Origin: Octopus vulgaris
Lineage: Eukaryota
NCBI GenBank assembly: GCA_951406725.2
Contig: OX597815.1
Coordinates: 154,070,001 to 154,134,000 of the forward strand
Direction of reading: 5' to 3'
DNA length: 64,000 bases
Under the pieces are notes generated by a model. The model saw only the letters and a list, made by a program, of their open reading frames with translations, was not told the DNA's origin and made no database searches. The position numbers and the translations under genes are program-made. Below are positions 55,220 through 64,000 of the stretch, piece by piece. Position 1 is the stretch's first letter; every line of letters starts with the position of its first letter.

Positions 55220-55298
55220 TACCAATCAGTTTCACGCTAGGGATTCAACGGAATGTTAGGTAGCAATCCGATTTTTAACCCTACGCTCATCAGAGGTA
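55220..55298 (-). ncRNA. Hammerhead-like motif with long stem II, degenerate cleavage site
   Basis: TACCT CTGATGA GCGTAGGGTT...CGGA...TCCG...AATCCCTAGCGT GAAA CTGA TT GGTA. Confidence 0.5.
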
Positions 55299-55299
55299 G

Positions 55300-55355
<56 letters not shown>

Positions 55356-55402
55356 TGAACACACACATATATGTGATCTCTGCAACAGAGTGCATTTGGG
55401 TC

Positions 55403-55502
55403 TTTCCTTGATGATCCAGTATTGTGGTTATGCATCCAAATGCCCTTGATACATCGTATGCTGAGTTCCGAATAACCGCAATGGTGAAACGTAAGTAGGA
55501 AA
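55403..55502 (+). ncRNA. Type I hammerhead with very long stem II (U3 variant)
   Basis: TTTCC TTGATGA TCCA..ATTGTGGTTAT-N-ATAACCGCAAT GGT GAAA C GTAA G TA^GGAAA, followed by AATAAA. Confidence 0.7.
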
Positions 55503-55696
55503 TAAATATTCACACTTGTGTTTATCTTTAAGTTTTACACTAAATATGGTCTGTATATCATACTTAATAGTATACCTAAGTAAATTGGGCAGCTGGTCAC
55601 CACTATACTGGAAGCTGACTGGATAATGCTAATCTACGTGAAGCTCTAACTCTTTCAGTAATAATCGTACAATTAAACACTATATCCAAGATAATA

Positions 55697-55769
<73 letters not shown>

Positions 55770-55774
<5 letters not shown>

Positions 55775-56070
55775 CACTCCGTCGGTTATGATGATGAGGG
55801 TCTCAGCTGATACGATCAACGGAATAGATTGCTCGTGAAATTAATGTGCAAGTGGCTGAGCCTTCCACAGACACGTAGTTCTGAGTGAGATTTAGCGAGA
55901 CTCAGAGCGTGACAAGGCTGGCCCCTTGAAATATGGGTACAACTCATCTTTTCCAGCTGAGTGTACTGGAGAAACGTGAAATAAAGTGTCTTGCTCAAGG
56001 ACACAGCGCGTCGCCGACAACTGACCTCACGACCTTACGTTCCTGAGCTGAATGCCATAACCACTAAACC
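55770..56070 (-). mobile_element. SINE family D
   Basis: tRNA-like head at right end, TGTCCTTGAGCAAGACACTTTATTTCACG core. Related copies at 57950-58200, 57545-57740 and 6320-6490. Confidence 0.75.
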
Positions 56071-56359
56071 TTCTCACTTTATATTTCTCTACATCATCTC
56101 TTCCAATTTTTTGTTTACGTTAAACGTTATGTCTTATGCTTAACGTAGTAAATGTTATCTTTATTTTGATATGCCATTACCTCTGAAGGACTGTTATTTG
56201 TTATAAATAATTTTACGTTATGTTACAATTATATCAAATATCATTTTATATAAAAATTAGAATTAATCCAACACCGGCAAAGGTAAACTGCTCGGCCACA
56301 GACATAAACTAGTCAAATCTTACAAATCTGAATCGATAATTGGTCTTTTTTCCTCCTCC

Positions 56360-56770
56360 TGATCATCGTCCATATCCTCATCCACATCATCATCATCATC
56401 ATCATCATAATCATCATCATTATCATCGTCGTCGTCGACGTCATCATCATCTTACCATCATCATCACCATCGACATCATCATCAAGAACAACATGATGTG
56501 TCGTCTCTCAGTAGGTTGAATATGATTCTTACGCGTCGCCATATAATTTATTCCAGCCTTTCATTTTAGCGAACCAGTCTGTTCCAGGGCTTCCTCTCAA
56601 TGGTTTGCTATTTATCTTCCCTTGCAATATTGGTATGTGTATATGTTATGCCCTTACAATTTGTTGAGAATACTTTAGCTTCCTTCTTTTAATAGTTGAA
56701 CCTAGTGATCTCTTTGCACTTGTTACTTCATAATTTTTATGCTTCGTGCACGATAGTTGGTGATATTGAA
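56360..56770 (-). mobile_element. RTE LINE 3' end with (TGA)n tail
   Basis: Minus translation RKLKYSQQIVR...ILQGKINSKPLRGSPGTDW; (CAT)n at 56385-56485. Confidence 0.6.
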
Positions 56771-56889
56771 TGGAAAATCCACAAAAGATGCAAACAATAT
56801 ACTAAAAGATAGAAACTATGGTAAAAATACGTAAACCTTTATGAAGCTGTTGAATATTTCGATTTCAGACATCAAAGATTTTCACTAAT

Positions 56890-57260
56890 TGCAGAAAATT
56901 CCTGGGTGGCGTTTTGGCAGCTTGGTAGAACGCGTATTCCCAGGAGGGATCTAATACACCACGATATACCATGGATACGTATATGAAAATTTTTTACTTA
57001 ACATTCTTCAGATTTAACAAATCGACTTTCTTTAAAATATGTAACGATAAATGTAGCTATAAACTGACTCGAGATCAAAGACCTTCAAAAAAGGTAGTAG
57101 CATTCTGGGAGCCGCTTTGGCAGTTTGTTAGAACGCGATCTCACAAAACGGATGTATCACACAAAGATATATTATGCAAACTTATATGAACACTTTCCAC
57201 TTAACATATTTCAGATTTAACAAGTCGACTTTCTTTAAAATATGTAACGATAAATGTAGC
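56890..57260. repeat. Old tandem duplication, period about 203 bp
   Basis: CTTAACAT..TTCAGATTTAACAA.TCGACTTTCTTTAAAATATGTAACGATAAATGTAGC at 56997 and 57200. Confidence 0.8.
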
Positions 57261-58204
57261 AGTAAACCAATACCCTCAGTTATTAACAGATTAATATGTT
57301 ATTATATATTCATTTTGAACATTCAAAATTTTCATAAAATAATTAGCAAACCTATGGAAAGTATGAATAATTAAAGTGTAGTATCACTTCATAAGATTTT
57401 ATCGTCTCATACGCTGCCAGAATTGGAGGTCACAATTTTCATTTTCAATGTTAGCGTTAACGTGAAGGTGGATTCCATCTGATGAGTATCAATCTAGAAT
57501 ATCTGTGTTATTGTGTTAGATATGAACACCTGTCATGTTTAGAGATGTAGTGGCTTGGTGGGTAAGGTTTTGGATTCATAGTCATAAGATTGCGGTCTCG
57601 ATTCCTAGACAGGGTTCCGGGCCGCTCAGCTGGCAAAAATGAGTAGTCCTGCGAGGGACGGGTATCCCGTTCAGGAGAGGAATATGTACACCATGCAACC
57701 GGAAAACCGGCCCTTATCAGGCGATATGACACGAGAAGTTAACTTTGACTTTGTACTTTATGTTTAGAGATACGGGTTCGAGCTGCACGAGCATCATTGC
57801 AATTTTTCTCTTCAAAGGAGTGGGGGAGGGGGGTTAATCCAATATTTACATGCTATTATCTATAGCATTTTTTCTATTTCGAGCTCAACATTAAAACTCC
57901 CTATTTTATATATACTTACGCATATATATATATATAAACTACTGACAATCCAGCAGTTACGACGACAAGGATTTCAGCTGAGCAAATCAACGGAACACTG
58001 TCTCGTGAAATAAACTAAAAAATTGCAGGGAACTCCTCACACACATGTAACATTAACGTAGTTCATAGAGAGAGTCATCGGAACACAATGTGGCAAAGCT
58101 CGCAGTGAAGTGTCGTACTCAAGGACACTACGCAGCACCGGGAATCGAACTCGTAAACCAGTGAGCCAAATGCCTTAAACACTGAGCCATGTACCTTCAC
58201 TATA

Positions 58205-58247
<43 letters not shown>

Positions 58248-58389
58248 TTGTTCCACGTCCTCGGGTTTTTGGTGTTTTTTTCTCTTTGGTTTCATGTTTG
58301 GATTGACTTTATGTATATATATACATACATAAATACACACACACACACACATATATATATACACACAAATATATATATATATATACATG

Positions 58390-58494
<105 letters not shown>

Positions 58495-58540
58495 CAATAA
58501 TATATCTCTGAACGAGCTATATATTGTAACTGCACGACAA

Positions 58541-58963
58541 TGTGAAGTATATTTGCCATCTAAATATGGCTAACCACTAAGGGTGGATGTTACTGTAGCT
58601 TGTAGCCCCAGGAGAACATGTTCTACAGCTGGCTATTGACACACTTTCTGTGCCGTATCGGTATTTGCAAGGGGAAGCCATCCTTCCCATCGTCGACCTA
58701 CGAGATAGATACGCACGGACCCGGGTTTCTGAGTATTTCACCGGTGATTGTCGTGCGCTGATGACGGATAACTACCCAGAAACCCGGGTCCGTTCGTACG
58801 ACGTAGGTCGACGATGGGAGGGATGGCTTCCCTTTGCAAATACCAATAGGGCACAGAAAGTGTGTCAATAGCCAGCTGGAGAACATGTTCTCCTGGGGCT
58901 ACATGCTACAGTAACATCGACCCTTAGTGGTTAGCCATATTTAGATGGCAAATATACTTGACA
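58541..58963. mobile_element. About 420-bp palindrome (about 190-bp arms), interpreted as head-to-head PLE pLTR fragments with central hammerhead
   Basis: AAGTATATTTGCCATCTAAATATGGCTAACCACTAAGGGT... / ...ACCCTTAGTGGTTAGCCATATTTAGATGGCAAATATACTT. Related to 5520-5630. Confidence 0.85.
58752..58796 (+). ncRNA. Type I hammerhead at palindrome centre
   Basis: CGTGCG CTGATGA CGGATAACTACCCA GAAA CCCGGG TC^CGTTCG. The other arm has CGTGCG here, which restores helix I. Palindromic ACCCGGGT. Confidence 0.75.
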
Positions 58964-58973
58964 CGCACGCGCG

Positions 58974-59005
<32 letters not shown>

Positions 59006-59439
59006 CATATTGGTCCTTTCTTTCTTTAACAAAAGAAACAAACGTTGTCAATTTTTTTCGTAAGAAAGTGATATAAGTTTAATAGAACTGAGTATGTCAT
59101 ACAAACATTATACCTACATATATGTGCGGGCTGAAGTGTATGAGCATGCGCGCGCACATGTGTGTATGCATGTGTGTGCGTTTTATGACATTCACAATAA
59201 TTTCACATTTACAATCCATAATACTCATATTCAAGTTTAAAATCCTTAACGATTTTCCTATAGCTGTGCATTTGAGAAGCTCACTTTGCGCTTATGTAGT
59301 TTCGTTCAATCAAAGTGCGTAGTACTTTGATTAATTGTCTTTTAGTATAGAGTGCAGCCGCGAAGAATTTATCAAGTAGTTAGCCTGAAAAAACCTCATA
59401 AGGGAAACATTTAACTATTCCCTTCAAATATATTTATAT

Positions 59440-59557
59440 ATATTAAGGGCATTACTATACATAAATGCCTCACGCTAGGAGGGACACTTAAATTTAAAAC
59501 TTGTTTTGACTTTACGAGTCCCTCCTAGCGTGAGCATTTATGTAATGCCCTTAATAT
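59440..59557. repeat. Small hairpin / inverted repeat (about 40-bp arms) in a TA context
   Basis: ATATTAAGGGCATTAC..ATAAATGC.TCACGCTAGGAGGGAC / GTCCCTCCTAGCGTGAGCATTTATGTAATGCCCTTAATAT. Confidence 0.8.
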
Positions 59558-59570
59558 TATATATATATAT

Positions 59571-59615
<45 letters not shown>

Positions 59616-62600
59616 TGTTTGGCTTTATTCCTCTATCACCTATAGAATAAATATCAGACTTAAAACTCAATAATAGAGTCTATTCGACATGAAGGCATGC
59701 TGTAGCGTCGTCACAGTTCAATGACCGAAGTAAGTAAAAGATAAAAGACAAATATAAAAATACATGTGTCTTAGTGTTTGTTTCAATGTGTGTATTTGAG
59801 TTTGTTAATTGGTCTATGGGTGTCTGTTAATTACTTTGAGTTTATGTTACCAACGTCCGGCAAGATTATAAGAAATAGAACATGAAAGCTGGTATTTAAA
59901 AAATGTACAGTAAAAATATTTGCTTATAATAGTGGACGCTTGCTGGTTGTTATGAAATCACAGTAGTTATAGATTAACTATGTAACTATTATTTGTAAAA
60001 TGGAATCATTTTATGGTTAGCTTGATAACGATATTAAATTTTATACAAAGTAACACTCATATTTATGTATTAATAACAATATTGGTTTCAAATTTTGGCA
60101 CACGAGCAGTATTTTCGGAAGAGAAAGTATGTTAATTACATTGACCACAGTGTCTAGCAGGTACTTATTTTATCAACCTCGTCGGAATTTAATCTCAGAA
60201 CGTAAGGATGGACGAAATGCCGCGAAAGAATTTTGCCCGGGGTGCAAGTATAGAATGCGGCGAGATTCGTTAGCACGTTATGTGATATGCTTAGCAGCAT
60301 TTCGTCTGTCTTTATGTTCTGAGTTCAAAATTCACCGAGGTCGACTTTACCTGTCATCCAGTTGAGTACTGGTGTTGATGTAATCGACTTACCCAGCTCC
60401 CCGGAATTGCTGGTCTTTGAAATCAATATTAAAAGTATATAGAAATTTATATTTGAAGAAATGCGTGTGTACTGAAAATTACGTTTGTAAAACATAACAA
60501 CGAAATTAACTGTATTTAAAAGCAACAGTTATAAAATGTGTTATTCCAGATTTTGCAAATTTTACTGCATTAATCAGCTTAACCTAGCTAGAATTTCGTG
60601 TAATGTTACCGGTCGCTTTTAACAAGAGATACCGACAACAGATACTTGAGCGAGCGCATCTATATGCAAAAGGGATTGAATGATCGAGAGTAGATCATTG
60701 GATTTTAAACGTCTTTCAAAAACTAGATGCGTTTCATGGGTTTGTAAGAAAATCATTTTTTAGTTTCCTCAGACATATGAATATGTTGATAAACGGAATA
60801 TTAAAGCAATTCGTGATCAGAAGATAGAAGTGCAGAGACTAATGTTAATGTTTCACTTCAATAGATAAGTGCTTTTGAAAGGCAATTAACATTAAGAAGT
60901 CGAGCGACAAGAAGTAAGAGGAGAAGTTATGTTATTCCTGTGAAGTAGAAAATTATACCCATGCACGTACACAGACGTACACTGACACACAGGCACATAC
61001 ACACATATGCACACACACACACGTCTATACACACACATATACATATACATAAACTATATTTGAACATTTTATCTGTGAATATTAGTTCGACAAAATATAT
61101 TTTGTTTGCGTATCGTTGATCAGAAAATAATGAACAATATTTAGAAAGCTAATTTATGTTATATATATAAATATAAAAATGGATGAAAAACGCAATAGAG
61201 GACATTAAAACATTTGGAGAGATAGACGATACAAAGCGGACAAGAGAAAAAATAATTAGAAGGACAGGCAAAAAAAAAAAGAAGACTTGTCATACGTCGC
61301 TTTCTTTCCTTAGTCAAGTTCCAGAAGTCACGACCATTTCGGGCGGTTACAGTTGAGATGGTTCGATCTGGTTTCCCCACCAAAAGTCTAAGCTAAGAGC
61401 ATTAGATCCCTTTGTAAGAAAGCTAGCGAATGTGTTCGGCAACAAAGACAAAAAACAAACAAACAAACAAAAAAAACGGAGAACATGTTACACAATTACG
61501 AATACAAACAACAAGAAATAACAACAGATGTCTTTCGACTAAGAACGAATCACATTGAGTTGGCGTGTATAATGTGAAAGCCTAAAGGCAGGAACATAGG
61601 AGATGGACACAAGAGGTGTTGGCAGTCAGGTCAACAAAGAAAGATCAAGGCTGGCTGGACACCGGTCACGTGGAAGGAGGAGAGATGGATAGGAGGCAAC
61701 GGGATTAAAGGATTAGGAAAATTTGTTATATTTATATAAGTGGCAAGACATAGCTTCTTTCAACTTTTCTTTGTCAAACGTTTTATATAGATCTATATCT
61801 GTTTGTGTGTGTGTATGTGCGTGTATGTGTGTGTATGTGTGTGTTTGTACACCTATGCTAGAGCCTTATTTGCATATTTAATTATGTTATAACGGTTATG
61901 TTTTAATGATATCTGAAATTCTCATGCGTATATACTGTATCTTTATGCGCTATTCAAATCTCCTTCCATTAATCACTATAAGTAGAGTGAGAAATATAAC
62001 AGAAAGAGAAGAAATAACAGTAAAGAAATTAATATATATCGCTAGCTTCTCTCATATCTCACTATCCCGTGGAAAAGATTTCAATAAATGATAATATGCA
62101 AAGCGCATCAGCTATAGAGTCATGTAAATCTCAATATTTAACTGAATAACAATCCGACAGTCATAAATGTCACAAAACAAACCATTTAACAATTAGAATT
62201 GTTTAGAAGTTTCGTATATTTACAATCTCAAATGTATGCTTAATGGTTCTAATCTTGACGTAAATAACACCCTTCTTCAATTAACTGTTTAATTTGACTT
62301 TCGTTTCAAGCTGATAAACGATAGACGATAAAATAGTTTAAAGCAAGATATAGATAATTCTATTTTTTAACTGTGTGCTAACGGCTACACATCTGTCTTG
62401 ACGCCTTAAACGTTTGAAATGATATCATTGAGATAATTATTACGAGGAGCAATTATTTTAAGATAATTATCGACAACATGCAACTATACAAATGAATATA
62501 TCAAATTGATTTGGACGTCAAATCAGAAAAAAGTAAAAATAAAATCATATGCTGTTTATTTTTAATCTGTGATAAATCTATGAGATAAAAATAGGCCTGT

Positions 62601-62679
62601 ATGATATTTCGAAACAATAGATCTAATAATTAATTATTGTGATATAAGCTTTGAAGAGATGAATTCTTTTAGAAGGCTG

Positions 62680-62980
62680 ATCGACTATATCAACCCCAAG
62701 ATTGATTGATACTTTATTTTATCGGTTTCGAAAGGATGAAAGACAAAGTTGACCTCAGTGGCATTTGTAGTCAGAACTAAAAACGGACAAAATGCCGCTA
62801 AGAATTTCCTCCGGCATGGCTTCATAATAATAATACTAATCCTTTCTACTAAAGGCACAAAGCCTGAAAGGATGAAAGGTAAAATCGACTTCGGTGGAAT
62901 TTGAACACAGAACGCAGCGACGGGCAAAATGCCGCTAAGTATTTAGTCCAGCTCGCTAACGATTCTGCCAGCTCACCGCC
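62680..62980 (-). mobile_element. Two SINE family B fragments
   Basis: GAAAGGATGAAAG..AAA.T.GAC.TC.GTGG.ATTTG repeated twice; head GGCGGTGAGCTGGCAGAATCGTTAGC. Confidence 0.75.
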
Positions 62981-63023
<43 letters not shown>

Positions 63024-63064
63024 TAATAATAATAATGCTGATGATGATAATGATGATGATAATA

Positions 63065-63710
63065 AGTGGGGTGAAACGGTATGGCACATCACTAGCGAAT
63101 GCCCGAAATTGGCACAGCGCGAATACAAAAGACGCCATGACAATTTGGCAAGAATGATCCATTGAGAGCTCTGTGGAAATCACGGCCTACAAAGAGCAAA
63201 GACGTAGTATGGGTACACCCCAGAAGGAGTCACCGAAAATGAAAGCTGTAAAACCCTGTGGGATGCAATGATTCTTTGCGATCACACGACCAGACATCGG
63301 TAACTGGACATTGTTGTGGTGAATAAAAAAGAAAGAACATGTATGAGAATCGACATAGCATGCCCAAGTGACAACAGGACAAATATGAAAGAGGGAAAAA
63401 TAAACAACTATAATGATTTCAAGTGAGAAATACGAATTTTTTTTATTCAATAAAGAGAGTAGACGTGATACCAATAATAATTGGTGCACTTGGAAGTATC
63501 AGCACCCATCTACCAGCAGGGCTGATAAAGATGGGTGCAAGTGTGAAGGTAGAACTCCTACAAAAATCAGCATTGCTTGGAACTGCAAGAATTCTTCGCA
63601 GGGTTCTTGAAGCATGACCAGTAAACAAGTGTCACCTTAGTCTGCTGGCTGTGGGCAGATCACATTTTCCAACATACTCAGGAAAATATGCTGTGAGTTT
63701 TCATGCAATA
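63065..63710 (+). mobile_element. 5'-truncated R4/Dong-clade element (zinc knuckle/RLE end plus 3' UTR) in (TAA)n
   Basis: GETVWHITSECPKLAQREYKRRHDNLAR.IH..LC...LWD...LDIVVVNK...IDIACP.D; VIPIIIGALG...LLQKSALLGTARILRRVL. (TAA)n on both sides. Confidence 0.88.
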
Positions 63711-63729
63711 ATAATAATAATAATAATGA

Positions 63730-63785
<56 letters not shown>

Positions 63786-63804
63786 ATAATAATAATAATA
63801 ATAA

Positions 63805-63995
63805 TCCTTTCGCTGTAGGTTCAAGGCCTGGATTTTGGAGAAGTGGTTAATTCGATCAGATCAACTGGTTCTTAAAATACCGATCCCTAAAAGATGAAAG
63901 GCAAAGTCAACCTTGGTGGAATTTGAACTCAGAACGTTGCCACAGACGAAATACCGCTAAGATTTTCGCCCGGCGTGCTAACGATTCTGCTTGTT
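63805..63995 (-). mobile_element. SINE family B copy
   Basis: GATGAAAGGCAAAGTCAACCTTGGTGGAATTTGAACTCAGAACG...TTCGCCCGGCGTGCTAACGATTCTGC. Confidence 0.8.
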
Positions 63996-64000
63996 CGAAT

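Noticed and set aside
61314-61412. Exon-like segment (polypyrimidine-AG ... GTAAGA)
   Set aside because: Stops in all three frames and no recognisable protein; a non-coding exon cannot be supported without RNA data.

Overview
AT-rich, microsatellite-dense, repeat-dominated eukaryotic DNA. The SINE families and (TA)n/(CA)n load suggest a cephalopod such as Octopus (inference). I find no intact host protein-coding gene, and most listed ORFs are microsatellite translations. The window holds decayed transposons: Tc1 and mariner remnants, an almost full-length R4/Dong-type RLE LINE in (TAA)n, CR1, RTE and Jockey/CR1-like LINE fragments, many tRNA-derived SINEs, and several Penelope-like element (PLE) remnants. 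The main hidden signal is about a dozen type I hammerhead ribozyme (HHR) motifs read by eye. The best is a young, non-coding 534-bp unit repeated about 3.3 times at 35090-36850. It carries three identical, fully canonical HHRs and has the geometry of a twin-primed head-to-head inversion whose inner junction lies 12 nt from the predicted cleavage site, making it a candidate retrozyme / circular-RNA-forming element. Other HHRs show unusual features (long stem II, GCAA instead of GAAA, CCGA core). Ribozyme activity, family names and most boundaries were assigned by eye and are unverified.
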